The notes under the pieces were generated by a model. The model worked only from the letters and a program-made list of their open reading frames with translations, was not told the DNA's origin and searched no databases. The translations under genes were made by a program, and so were the position numbers. Of a stretch of DNA of 64,000 nucleotides, positions 38,246-47,907 are shown one piece after another (positions within the stretch are counted from its first letter, which is position 1; every line of letters starts with the position of its first letter). Source of the DNA: an uncultured Ruminiclostridium sp. (GTDB lineage: Bacteria > Bacillota > Clostridia > Oscillospirales > Ruminococcaceae); assembly GCA_947627695.1 (NCBI GenBank), contig CANQXF010000010.1, forward strand, positions 19,192 to 83,191. Direction: 5' to 3'.

Positions 38246-39283
38246 ATGAAAAGAACAAACGTTTACAAGGTCGTTTCCGTATTGCTCACAGTTTCACTAT
38301 TGCTGGCGGGGTGCAGCTCGTCGGAGGAGGTAAACCGAACGGAAGAAATCACGGTTTCTGAAGAAACGCAGGAGCCTGAGACGAGTACAACAGAAACAAC
38401 AAAAGTCAGCAATACCACAAGCGAGAGCGACACTGACAGTACGACAACTACAACTACCACAGCGGCAGAAACCACAGTAGCTACCACCACGACCGAAAAG
38501 GCAGTCACTACGCCTGTAACTGAAAGTGAGCCTGTTCCTGAGTGGACGGAAAACGCAATCAATAAGACTACGATGTACGTCAACACAAACGGCATATACA
38601 GCAGAAAAAAGGCATTACAAGGCAGCACAGCCGTTAAGCAGTACGCTCTGAACACCGCCGTTACCGTTGTTGCTCTGACCGACACTGACTATTACAAGCT
38701 GACTGACGGAACGTATATCCACAAGGATTATCTGAGCCTTGGAAAAGTGAGTGTTACCACCACAACTACAAGCGCTACTACCACTACACCACCCGTTCAA
38801 AGTTGGACCGTTACTGATAACAAGCCTGAAATCGTATTCACAGAAGAATTAAGGCTTGAATACGAAAAGGAAGCCGCAAGGTTAATAAACGAATTTAGAG
38901 TGGCAAACGGTCTGCCTGCGCTTGAATGGAATGAAACAATGCACCAAGCCACAAGAATAAGGGCGGAAGAACAATTGATTTATCCTTCCCATGACCGTCC
39001 TAACGGTGAAACCGATGTTGAGTTACTTGTTGAATTAGGATATTGGGACAGTATTGAGGAATATGGAAAACTTGCCCGCCAAGGACTTGTGAGCAATACA
39101 GGCGAATGTTTGGCGTGGGGACAAATGACACCCCAAATAGCTGTTCAATCGTGGATAGACTCCCCTGCACATAGAGATAATTTGTTAGACGACTCTCCTA
39201 ACCCAATGGCAGTTGGCGTTATCTATGATGAAGATACAAGGGTTTTTATGTGGGTATATTGGTGCATGAAAGATATAACATAA
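38246..39283 (+). CDS. CAP/SCP-domain lipoprotein with Thr-rich linkers and an SH3-like module
   Basis: Lipobox LAGC; INEFRVANGLPAL, SHDRPNG, GECLAWGQ, WIDSPAHRDNLL. Confidence 0.8.
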   Translation: MKRTNVYKVVSVLLTVSLLLAGCSSSEEVNRTEEITVSEETQEPETSTTETTKVSNTTSESDTDSTTTTTTTAAETTVATTTTEKAVTTPVTESEPVPEWTENAINKTTMYVNTNGIYSRKKALQGSTAVKQYALNTAVTVVALTDTDYYKLTDGTYIHKDYLSLGKVSVTTTTTSATTTTPPVQSWTVTDNKPEIVFTEELRLEYEKEAARLINEFRVANGLPALEWNETMHQATRIRAEEQLIYPSHDRPNGETDVELLVELGYWDSIEEYGKLARQGLVSNTGECLAWGQMTPQIAVQSWIDSPAHRDNLLDDSPNPMAVGVIYDEDTRVFMWVYWCMKDIT

Positions 39284-39398
39284 TCAAAATAAAATATAGA
39301 GTTAAGAGCCTTGTTTTTCAAGGCTCTTTTCTTTTTCAATAAATCCTCAAAAATAACGCCCGCCCCTATCCGCTTTCCTCCGCCGTTTCCGTTTACAG

Positions 39399-39427
39399 TT
39401 GACAATCCCGCCGTAATGGTGTAAAAT
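39399..39427 (+). promoter_or_regulatory. Sigma-A promoter of yicC; -35 lies within a heptamer pair
   Basis: GTTTACA-GTTGACA then 17 bp then TAAAAT. Confidence 0.75.
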
Positions 39428-39458
39428 AAAAACAAGATCTACGAAACGAGGACAAAAA

Positions 39459-40334
39459 ATGCGCAGTATGACAGGATTCGGCAGGTCGAGAGCCGTTATC
39501 GGCGGCAAGGAATACCTGCTGGAAATAAAATCGGTGAACAGCCGTTACAGCGAGTTCAACATGAAGCTCCCACGGAGCTGTACATATCTTGAGGAACGTC
39601 TGAAGACCCTTTTAAAAGGCGTTATCAGCAGGGGCAAGGTGGACGTGTGGCTGTCTGTCACCGACGTGGAGGACAGGAGCATCAGCGTCACTGTCAATCT
39701 TCCCGTGGTTAAAAATTATCTTGAGGAAATGCGAAAGTGCGGGGAGGAATTGTCCCTGCCCGACGATCTTCAGCTTTCAAGCATTTTCCGTATGACCGAC
39801 GCTTTCACCATAGTCCGCACCGAGGCGGACGAGGAGGAGATATGGCAGGCGGTGCAGACCGTTGCAAACGCCGCGCTCGCCGAATTTGCCGCTATGCGGG
39901 AAAAGGAGGGCGAAAAGCTGAAAGCCGACCTGCTGGAAAAGGTGGCGAATATCGAAGCTATGGTGGGAGAGATAGAAAAGCTGTCCCCCGAGACCTCCGC
40001 CGCTTACCGCCAGCGCCTTACGGACAAGCTGAACGAGCTGCTGGAGGGTCAGCAGATAGACCAGCAGAGAGTGCTTACCGAGGCGGCTATTTTCGCTGAA
40101 AAGATAGCGGTGGACGAGGAGACCGTCCGCCTGCGCAGTCACTTCAAGCAGTTCAGGGATATGGCGGAAAGCACCGAGCCTATCGGCAGAAAACTGGATT
40201 TCCTCATTCAGGAGTTTAACCGCGAATCCAATACCATAGGCTCAAAGGCTCAGGATCTGCGAATAACAAAATTAGTCATAGATATGAAAAGCGAGATAGA
40301 AAAAATAAGAGAACAAATACAAAACGTAGAATAA
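39459..40334 (+). CDS. yicC: YicC/YloC family endoribonuclease
   Basis: MRSMTGFGR, EIKSVNSRY, ISRGKV, EETVRLRSH, GRKLDFLIQEFNRESNTIGSK, EKIREQIQNVE. Confidence 0.93.
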   Translation: MRSMTGFGRSRAVIGGKEYLLEIKSVNSRYSEFNMKLPRSCTYLEERLKTLLKGVISRGKVDVWLSVTDVEDRSISVTVNLPVVKNYLEEMRKCGEELSLPDDLQLSSIFRMTDAFTIVRTEADEEEIWQAVQTVANAALAEFAAMREKEGEKLKADLLEKVANIEAMVGEIEKLSPETSAAYRQRLTDKLNELLEGQQIDQQRVLTEAAIFAEKIAVDEETVRLRSHFKQFRDMAESTEPIGRKLDFLIQEFNRESNTIGSKAQDLRITKLVIDMKSEIEKIREQIQNVE

Positions 40335-40568
40335 AAAAAGAGCGCTTATAAAAATAAGCGCTTATTTTTTACCAGAATTTTTTCTTGCTGTTGGATAAGC
40401 TCAAAATTCAATAATCCCCCAGTCAAAAGTTTTCTAAGGAGAGTCTGAGAGGATTTCTTTTTCAAAAGAAATCCTTTCAGAGGGCGGCGGAAAAATTCTC
40501 AACTGAAAAATCTGCATTATTATCTTATATTTGCATATAATATTATCAGCATTGTTTATCAATGCTTA

Positions 40569-40632
40569 AGTGATCGTGTTGTGTACGCTTGCGAGGCGCA
40601 CGACCGAAAGGGACTTCTGAGGGAGTCCCTTT
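40569..40632 (+). ncRNA. Putative Abi-associated small RNA, copy 1 (hairpin + terminator)
   Basis: AGTGATCGTGTT-GTGTAC-GCTTGCGAGGCGCA-CGACC then AAAGGGACTTC/GGAGTCCCTTT; matches copy 2. Confidence 0.55.
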
Positions 40633-40732
40633 AAATAATTCAGCACCCTAAACATTTATACATTTTTCTGATAGGTTCACTGCCTCATATGTTGAAAAAA
40701 GTGAAAATATATGCAAATTTTGTTTATTATGC

Positions 40733-40761
40733 TTGACAAATCAAAACACATATGGTATTAT
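40733..40761 (+). promoter_or_regulatory. Sigma-A promoter for sRNA copy 2 / Abi gene
   Basis: TTGACA-17 bp-TATTAT with extended TG; predicted start at the repeat's first bases (~40768). Confidence 0.75.
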
Positions 40762-40767
40762 AATCCC

Positions 40768-40832
40768 AGTGATCGTGTTATGTTGCTTGCGAGGCGCATA
40801 ACCTTGGGGGCTCCTGCGGGAGTCCCCTTTTC
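40768..40832 (+). ncRNA. Putative Abi-associated small RNA, copy 2 (hairpin + terminator)
   Basis: AGTGATCGTGTT-ATGTT-GCTTGCGAGGCGCA-TAACC then GGGGGCTCC/GGAGTCCCC-TTTTT. Confidence 0.6.
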
Positions 40833-40859
40833 ACTATTTTAACAATTCAGAGGAAAAAA

Positions 40860-41801
40860 ATGGACAGAAAAAAATTTCTCACCTATGAACAACAGATAGA
40901 CTTGTTAAAAAACAAAGGGTTAAACATACCTGACCCTGAAAAAGCGATCACTCTTTTAAAAGAGCACAGCTATTTTGATTTGATAAACGGATATAAAAAA
41001 CCGTTTAAGGCGGAAGACGGAAATTACAAGAAAAATATATCCTTTGATGATATTTACTGCCTTTACTGCTTTGATGATGAACTGAGATACGCTTTGATAA
41101 AAAGAATTATGGAGGTGGAGATCCATATCAAATCTCTTCTCTCCTATTCATTCTGCGAGCAATTCGGCGATGAAGAAGCCGGCTATCTCAACGTAAATAA
41201 TTACAATTATTCCATAACCTCAAATCAAAGCGAAATAAACAAGCTGATAAGCATAATTACCGACCTTCAGAATAAGAGCGATTCATTTTTATATATGAAG
41301 CATCAGAAATCAAAATATGGAAATATACCGTTGTGGGTTTTGGTAAAGGTTATGACTTTAGGAAACGCCTCAAAAATGTACAGCTTTCAGAAGCCTGAAA
41401 TACAAACAAAAATAAGTAAGGAATTTAAAGGAATTACAGAACACGGACTGGAAACCTTCCTGGACATACTTACAAAGTTCAGAAATGTATGCGCTCATAA
41501 TGAACGAGTGTTTGACCATAGGTATATAAAGCACGAGATAGTTGATACTGATGTACATTTAAATTTGAATATTCCTAAAAATAAAAACCGGTATACAAAA
41601 GGAAAATCGGATTTGTTTGCCGCTATAATCGCCTTAAAATACTTATTGCCGCAAGATGATTTCGGCTTGCTGATCGATGACGTAAATAAAGCGGTAACAG
41701 AGCTTTTCGACCATACAAACAGCATTCAGAAGCCTCAGTTATATAACTACATGGGATTCCCCGAAAATTGGCTTGAAATCAAGGATTGCAAGGTTGACTA
41801 A
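40860..41801 (+). CDS. Abi family (Abi_2 / AbiF-AbiD-like) HEPN protein
   Basis: 313 aa, AT-rich; KFLTYEQQIDLLKNKGL, SYFDLINGY, LYCFDDELR, EVEIHIKS, IPLWV, HEPN RNVCAH. Confidence 0.88.
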   Translation: MDRKKFLTYEQQIDLLKNKGLNIPDPEKAITLLKEHSYFDLINGYKKPFKAEDGNYKKNISFDDIYCLYCFDDELRYALIKRIMEVEIHIKSLLSYSFCEQFGDEEAGYLNVNNYNYSITSNQSEINKLISIITDLQNKSDSFLYMKHQKSKYGNIPLWVLVKVMTLGNASKMYSFQKPEIQTKISKEFKGITEHGLETFLDILTKFRNVCAHNERVFDHRYIKHEIVDTDVHLNLNIPKNKNRYTKGKSDLFAAIIALKYLLPQDDFGLLIDDVNKAVTELFDHTNSIQKPQLYNYMGFPENWLEIKDCKVD

Positions 41802-41841
41802 TAATAAAAGCAAAAGGAACGTTTGTTCAGAACGCTCCTTT

Positions 41842-43752
41842 TTATTTATCCTCCAACTCGCTCAGCTCTTCCATCGCCTGTTCCCAGCTTTCCATAAGCT
41901 GTGCCTGCAATTCCTCCAGCTCTCCCAGACGCTCAGTATCCTCCATCACCTTCTGATAATCCGCACTGCCGTCCGCAAGGCGGGCGTTTATCTCCGCAGC
42001 TTCCTGCTCCGCCGCCTCTATCTCCGCCTCAATGCGCTTGACCGCAGTTTCCGCCTTGCGGCGGCGGCTTTGAAGCTCCTTCTGCTGCTTGTAGGAATTT
42101 GGCTTTTCCGCCTTGGGAACGGACTTTTCGGGAGCAATTGCCGCCCTGCTCTCTTTCCAGAGGTCGTAGTCGCCGTCGAAAACCTCCATTCCGTCCTTAT
42201 GCAAAAACATCAGCTTGGTGGCAAGAGCGTTTATCATTCCCCTGTCGTGGGAGATTATCAGCATCGTGCCCTGATAGTCCTGCAATGCCTCTGTCAGCCC
42301 CTCTCTCGCCTCAAGGTCAAGGTGGTTGGTGGGCTCGTCAAGAAGCAGGAGGTTGGGTCCCTCCAGCATAATTTTAAGCAGTATTACCTTTGCCGCCTCG
42401 CCGCCTGACAGGGTGTTCACAGGCTTTTCAAGCTCGTCCCCGTACAGTCGGAACAGCGCCAGCGCAGACTGCACCTGCGTTCGGTTCAGCGAGGGAAAAT
42501 CGTCCCACACAAAGTCCATCACCGACTTTTTGCTTGTGAGCCTCAGCTCCTGAAGCTGGTCGAAATATCCTATTTTCAGCCAGTCGGCTATGTCGGAATA
42601 CCCTGCGGTTTCGCCCCGCTTTTCCCCTAAAATAAGCTTCATCAGGGTGGATTTTCCGCAGCCGTTTGCCCCTAACAAAAACACCCGTTCCCCGTGCTTT
42701 ATCTCGAAATCAACGTTCTGAAACAGCGTGCGCTCCCCTATTTTGCAGGAAAGATTTTTCGCCGTGATAACGTCAGTGCCGTGAGCAGTTTTGCAGGGAA
42801 TGGAAAAGTGGATCTTCCTCCTTGGGGGCGGTGGCGGGACAAGCTCCTTTTTCAGTCGCTCTATCTGCTTTTCCTTGGAGCGTATGGTGATGTAGTTATG
42901 CTCCTGATTAAAACGGCGCTGCTGCTCGATTATGCCCTCGATCCGCTTTATCTCCTCGCTTGTCTCTTTATATTTCTTGGTGAGATAGGTCACCCTCTCG
43001 TCATACTGTCGGAGGTATTCGGTGTAGTTCCCCTTGTAGGTATCCAGCGTGCCGTTATCCAGGGCAAAGGTCTTGTTCGTCACCTTGTCCAGAAAATACT
43101 TGTCGTGGGAAATCACGATGTATGCGCCCCTGAACTCTTGCAAAAAGTTTTCCAGCCACTCGCAGGCGTCAATGTCAAGGTGGTTGGTGGGCTCGTCAAG
43201 GAGCAGCAGCTTTGCTCCCGACAACAACAGCTTCACAAGCTGTAGCTTGGAGCGCTCGCCGCCGCTGAGGACGCTGACAGGCTTTGACAAGGTTTCTGCG
43301 GGAAAGCCCATTCCCGCCAGCATACTTTCAGTCCTTGAACGGCAGGTGAGCCCGCCGTCCCGCTGAAATTCCTCGGTAAGGCGCATTTGCTTTTCCAGCA
43401 GCTCGTCATTCACCTCGCCGCTGTCTATTCTGTCGTGGAGCTGTTCTATCTCTCTTTCTTTCTCGATAAGCGGAGCGAAAACGGATAACGCCTCCTCGTA
43501 AACGGTAATGTCGTCGTTTCTCAGAACATGCTGTTCCATAAAGCCCACGGAAAGCCCCGCCTGCTTTGTTATCTGCCCCTGCCAGTCCTCAGGCTCCTGC
43601 CCCGAAAGCATTTTGAAAAGGGTGGTCTTTCCCGCGCCGTTTGCTCCCGCAAGACCTATCTTGTCGTTTTCGTCCACGGAAAAATTTACGTCTGAAAACA
43701 GCACCCGTTCCCCAAAATTTACTGAAATGTCCTTTCCCTGAAGGATTATCAC
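41842..43752 (-). CDS. ABC-F family ATPase
   Basis: Two ABC domains (GANGAGKTT, LSGGE, LLLDEPTNHLD twice), no TM, C-terminal coiled coil; GTG start after GGGGGG. Confidence 0.92.
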   Translation of the reverse strand: MIILQGKDISVNFGERVLFSDVNFSVDENDKIGLAGANGAGKTTLFKMLSGQEPEDWQGQITKQAGLSVGFMEQHVLRNDDITVYEEALSVFAPLIEKEREIEQLHDRIDSGEVNDELLEKQMRLTEEFQRDGGLTCRSRTESMLAGMGFPAETLSKPVSVLSGGERSKLQLVKLLLSGAKLLLLDEPTNHLDIDACEWLENFLQEFRGAYIVISHDKYFLDKVTNKTFALDNGTLDTYKGNYTEYLRQYDERVTYLTKKYKETSEEIKRIEGIIEQQRRFNQEHNYITIRSKEKQIERLKKELVPPPPPRRKIHFSIPCKTAHGTDVITAKNLSCKIGERTLFQNVDFEIKHGERVFLLGANGCGKSTLMKLILGEKRGETAGYSDIADWLKIGYFDQLQELRLTSKKSVMDFVWDDFPSLNRTQVQSALALFRLYGDELEKPVNTLSGGEAAKVILLKIMLEGPNLLLLDEPTNHLDLEAREGLTEALQDYQGTMLIISHDRGMINALATKLMFLHKDGMEVFDGDYDLWKESRAAIAPEKSVPKAEKPNSYKQQKELQSRRRKAETAVKRIEAEIEAAEQEAAEINARLADGSADYQKVMEDTERLGELEELQAQLMESWEQAMEELSELEDK

Positions 43753-43831
43753 AATTTCACCCCCCCTTTGAAAATTCATAAGCGCCCCGTCCGTGCGGGC
43801 AGGGCGCCTTGATTTTATTTTCCCGAACGGC

Positions 43832-45298
43832 TTAATATCCGCCGCCCAGCAGTGAAGAATAATACTGGCTGTAATACTGAATCATCGAGATGGTGGAAAG
43901 CGCGCTGCTGGCGTTTTCACACTGCTGAGCCGCATAGTCGGGAGCGCCTGAGTTCTCGGTGACGGTGTAGTTTGCGTACATATCCTCAAACACCTTGTCC
44001 ATATCGTCGCCCTTGAGCCCGTCAAGCGCTATATCCGTGTAGTCCTCAACGTATTCGTCGTTTTCAGTGATGTCAAGTCTTTGAACCACGTAGTAGTAAG
44101 TGTCCGCCTTGAACACGTCGGCGGTGCCTATTTTCTGCTCGAACAAAGCCTTTACAAATTCCTCGCTGGGAGAGGTAGCCTCCTTGCTGATTATGCGGTC
44201 GTACTCGCTGTCGTCATGCTCGTGCTCGTCCTCGTCGTCTGCGGCAGTGGTGGCGGCGGTAGTGCTTTCCTCAGTCTCGGAGGTATCGCCTGTTTCCTCG
44301 GTGTCTTCGGCAGGCTCGCTGTCCTCAGTGCCTGCGGTTTCGGAGGTATCTTCGCCGCTTTCCTCAGGAACTTCCTCCTCGGTGCCTGCGGTGGTGGTGC
44401 CCTCCTCGTCAGGCTCGTCGTTCTGAGCGTCTATGCCCTCATCGTCGGCGGGAGTTGTGGCGGCAGTGGTGGTAGTTGTGGTAGTAGTTGAACTGCTGTC
44501 GTCCTCCTTGTTGTCGTCCAGATATTTCTGGTAACGCTCGTATACCTCGGCGTAGGAATCGCCGTCGTTAAGCATTTTTGCATAATCCTCCGCCAGCTTT
44601 TCCAGAACGGCAAGCTCGGTCTTGGATTCGATCAACTCGTTTTCGCCGTCTCTCAGAGAAATTCCGAAATAGCGGGCAAGAGTGTAGTTTTCCTTAAGAT
44701 AGCTTTCTATCTCGGACTTGGGCACTTCTTCCTTGCCGCCCTCGCCGTAGTAATACTTGAAAATGTTGCTCGCCTTGTAGGAGGCGGTCATAACGGCCTT
44801 GAATGAGGACTTGGAAACGCCTATTGATTCATAGTATGCGCCCAAGGTGTCACAGCCCTTGAGGTAAGGGAGGGTGCTGTCCCAGCCCTTGACGTTGTAA
44901 TCCCATTGGGAGTTTATGCTGTCGTTAAGGTCGTCCTCCTCGACGGGGTCGGCTTCGATCCCCAGCTCGTCATACAGCCTGTTTACAGCTACGTAGCGCT
45001 TGCAAAGTCTTATCGCTTCCTGCTTTACATAGTCGGCAAACTTTACGCCGCCTACTGTCTGATCGTAAAAGCTGAAATCCTCCTTTGAGGTGTCCAGATC
45101 GGGCTGTTCCTCCATTACCTTCGACTGTGCGTCGTTCAGCGCATAGCCGCTGTAAAGGATATACACCCCTGAGGGTATCGCCTCGCCGTCAACCGTAAGG
45201 GCGTAGCTCACGTCGGAACAGCCTGTCAGGCTGAACATTGAAGTAACAGCCAGAGCCGCGGCGGTGAGCGCCGACATTATCTTTCTTTTAACTGACAT
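43832..45298 (-). CDS. Lipoprotein, SurA/PrsA foldase-like with acidic low-complexity insert
   Basis: Lipobox LTGC; ALTVDGEAIPSGVY; long Thr/Glu-rich linker; YYYVVQRLD. Confidence 0.6.
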   Translation of the reverse strand: MSVKRKIMSALTAAALAVTSMFSLTGCSDVSYALTVDGEAIPSGVYILYSGYALNDAQSKVMEEQPDLDTSKEDFSFYDQTVGGVKFADYVKQEAIRLCKRYVAVNRLYDELGIEADPVEEDDLNDSINSQWDYNVKGWDSTLPYLKGCDTLGAYYESIGVSKSSFKAVMTASYKASNIFKYYYGEGGKEEVPKSEIESYLKENYTLARYFGISLRDGENELIESKTELAVLEKLAEDYAKMLNDGDSYAEVYERYQKYLDDNKEDDSSSTTTTTTTTAATTPADDEGIDAQNDEPDEEGTTTAGTEEEVPEESGEDTSETAGTEDSEPAEDTEETGDTSETEESTTAATTAADDEDEHEHDDSEYDRIISKEATSPSEEFVKALFEQKIGTADVFKADTYYYVVQRLDITENDEYVEDYTDIALDGLKGDDMDKVFEDMYANYTVTENSGAPDYAAQQCENASSALSTISMIQYYSQYYSSLLGGGY

Positions 45299-45332
45299 AT
45301 TCTGTCTCCTTTATTTTGTATTTTAAGCGGTA

Positions 45333-47741
45333 TCAAACTCTTAAAGTAATGTTTTTTGCCGCAAGTGAACTGATTATCTTTCCAACAGCCTTGTCGCATT
45401 CCTCATCGGTGAGGGTGCCGTCCGACTTTCTGAAGGTCAGCTTGTAGGAAAGGCTCTTTTTGCCTTCGGGAATCTGTTCTCCCATATACATATCGAACAG
45501 GCGGACGCTTTCAAGGTGCTTTGCGGCGGCGGTTATGGTGTCAACTATCTCGCCGCTTGAGATCTCCTCATCGCATACAAGGCTCAGATCCCTGACGGAG
45601 GCGGGGAATCTGGGCAGGGACTTGTACTTAACTTCGCCGCTTATGCTCTCCAAAAGCTCCTCAAGCCTGATAACGAGCATATATACTCTTGTCTTTCCTA
45701 TGCCGTAATTCTCGGTGACAAGTGGGTGTATCTCGCCGCAAACGCCCAGAACTCTGCCCTCGGCGGTAAGCTCAGCACAGCGCCCCGTGTGGAACGTTTT
45801 GTCGGAATGAAGCGCGGTGAACTTTATATCCACGCCGCATTTTTCCGCTATCTCCTCGGCAATTCCCTTGGCGGTGAAGAAGTCCTCGTTCTCGCCGTAA
45901 AGGGTGCAGATAAGCACGTCCTTTTCCACGGGAAGAACGTTCACGTCGTCGCTGACAGGGTGATATTCCCTGCCTATCTCAAAGAAACGCCCACTCATAT
46001 TTCTTGCGTTTATGTTGAACGCGGTAAGCTCCATCATAGAGGGGATAAGGCTGGTGCGCATAACGCTGGTGTCCTCGCCCAGAGGATTGAGCAGTTTTAC
46101 GCTCTTTGCGTCCTCTATCCTGCACTTGTCGTAGCCCTTGGGGGAGATGAAGCTGAAGGTCATAGTTTCAAGACAGCCTTGTGACAGCATAATTCCAATC
46201 AGCTTTTTCTGCAAAATGTCCATAGGGGTCTGCTTGCTGTGTGAGGAAAGTCTGGGAACGGTGCTGGCAATACGGTTGTAGCCGTAAATTCTCGCTACCT
46301 CCTCCGCAAGATCGCACTGGCGCACGATGTCTATTCTCACGCTTGGAGGAGAAACTTCCTTGGTATTTTCATCGTAGGTGAAGTCAAGGCGCTTCAGTAT
46401 GGATATCTGCTCCTCTTCGGGAATGTCTGCGCCTAAAAATTCATTTATCCACTGATAGTCAAGTTTCAGCTTGTTTGGCTTTTTGGGAGTTGTGTAAACG
46501 TCAATGACGGTATTTACCACCTCGCCGCAGCCTAACATTTCCACTAACTCCAACGCTCTGTAAAGCGCATTTTTAGCGTTGTCGGGGTCAAGTCCCTTTT
46601 CAAAGCGGGAGCTGGATTCTGTTCTTACGCCCGCTTTCTTTGCGCTCCTGCGGATATTCACGCCGTCAAAGCAGGCTGCCTCGAAAATGACCTCCGTGGT
46701 GTCGTCCTGTATCCCGCTGTGCTCGCCGCCCATTACGCCCGCCAAAGCCATAGGCTCCTTCTCGTTGCATATCACAAGCATATCAGAGCTTAATTTCAGC
46801 TCGGGGGTGGATTCGTCCAGCAGCTTCAGCACCTCGCCGTCCTTTGCATTGCGGACTACTATCTTGTTCCCCTCAACAAATCTTGCGTCAAAGGCGTGCA
46901 TAGGGTGACCGTATTCCAACATTACGAAGTTGGTGATGTCAACTAAGTTGTTTATAGCACGCACGCCGCTTGCCCTCAGTCTTTCCGCCATCCAGCGGGG
47001 AGAGGGGGCGATCTTTATGTTCTTCACCTTTGCCGCCATATAGCGGGAGCAAAGCTGAGGATTTTGCACCTCAACGGACAATTCCTTGTTAATGTCGGCG
47101 TCTATCCCCTTGAACGTGGGGGGAGTTAATTTCAAAGGCTTGTTAAATGTGGCGTGAGCCTCTCTTGCAAGTCCTATTACCGAAAGGCAGTCGGGGCGGT
47201 TGTTGGTTATCTCGAACTCCACGCAGATGTCGTCAAGTCCCACCGCTTTTATCACGTCCTCGCCAACCTTGAACTTTTCAAATTCGGGGTCGTCGTTGAA
47301 GATGAGTATCCCGTCAGGAGATGAGTAGGGGAAATCGCTGTTTTCCATTCCCAGCTCATCAAAGCTACACATCATGCCGCAGCTTTCCACTCCTCTCAGC
47401 TTGCCCTTCTTTATCTTCATCACGGTCTTGTTGTGACGGTCAATGCACACGCCGCCGTCCAGCACGACGGGAACTACCGCGCCGACATAAAGATTTTGCG
47501 CGGCGGTGACTATCTGTATGGGCTGTTCCTTGCCGATGTCAAGCTGACATATCCACAGCTTTTCGCTGTCGGTGTGCTTTTCTATGGAAATAACCTTTCC
47601 CACAACGATATTTTTCAGCGGCTGGGACAGGTCGCGGTAGGTCTCCACCTTTGAACCACTCATAGTCATTCCCGCCACGAAATCCTTTATGGGCATATCG
47701 GCGTCAACATAGTCGCCAAGCCATTTCATTGAAAGATCCAA
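45333..47741 (-). CDS. pheT: Phenylalanine--tRNA ligase beta subunit
   Basis: 802 aa; GKLRGVESCGMMCS, EITNNRPDCLS, NNLVDITNFVMLE, RFEKG, PRFPASVRDLS. Confidence 0.96.
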   Translation of the reverse strand: MDLSMKWLGDYVDADMPIKDFVAGMTMSGSKVETYRDLSQPLKNIVVGKVISIEKHTDSEKLWICQLDIGKEQPIQIVTAAQNLYVGAVVPVVLDGGVCIDRHNKTVMKIKKGKLRGVESCGMMCSFDELGMENSDFPYSSPDGILIFNDDPEFEKFKVGEDVIKAVGLDDICVEFEITNNRPDCLSVIGLAREAHATFNKPLKLTPPTFKGIDADINKELSVEVQNPQLCSRYMAAKVKNIKIAPSPRWMAERLRASGVRAINNLVDITNFVMLEYGHPMHAFDARFVEGNKIVVRNAKDGEVLKLLDESTPELKLSSDMLVICNEKEPMALAGVMGGEHSGIQDDTTEVIFEAACFDGVNIRRSAKKAGVRTESSSRFEKGLDPDNAKNALYRALELVEMLGCGEVVNTVIDVYTTPKKPNKLKLDYQWINEFLGADIPEEEQISILKRLDFTYDENTKEVSPPSVRIDIVRQCDLAEEVARIYGYNRIASTVPRLSSHSKQTPMDILQKKLIGIMLSQGCLETMTFSFISPKGYDKCRIEDAKSVKLLNPLGEDTSVMRTSLIPSMMELTAFNINARNMSGRFFEIGREYHPVSDDVNVLPVEKDVLICTLYGENEDFFTAKGIAEEIAEKCGVDIKFTALHSDKTFHTGRCAELTAEGRVLGVCGEIHPLVTENYGIGKTRVYMLVIRLEELLESISGEVKYKSLPRFPASVRDLSLVCDEEISSGEIVDTITAAAKHLESVRLFDMYMGEQIPEGKKSLSYKLTFRKSDGTLTDEECDKAVGKIISSLAAKNITLRV

Positions 47742-47759
47742 AATAATACCCCCAAATAA

Positions 47760-47907
47760 TAGTGTAAAGTGTAAAGTGTACAGTGCAAAGTTGTGGTATC
47801 GCCTGCGGCGATGGATTTAAAAATGATAGGTGCGAATTTGCAGGCGGCAATTCTGATCCGTTTTTGCGAAGCAAAAACTCCTTAACTCTTAACTTTGCAC
47901 TTTGCAC
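47760..47907. repeat. Family A cassette filling the pheS-pheT junction
   Basis: Starts immediately after pheS TGA (GTGCAAA-GTGCAAA-GTTAAGA) and ends 5' of the GGGGG RBS of pheT. Confidence 0.85.
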
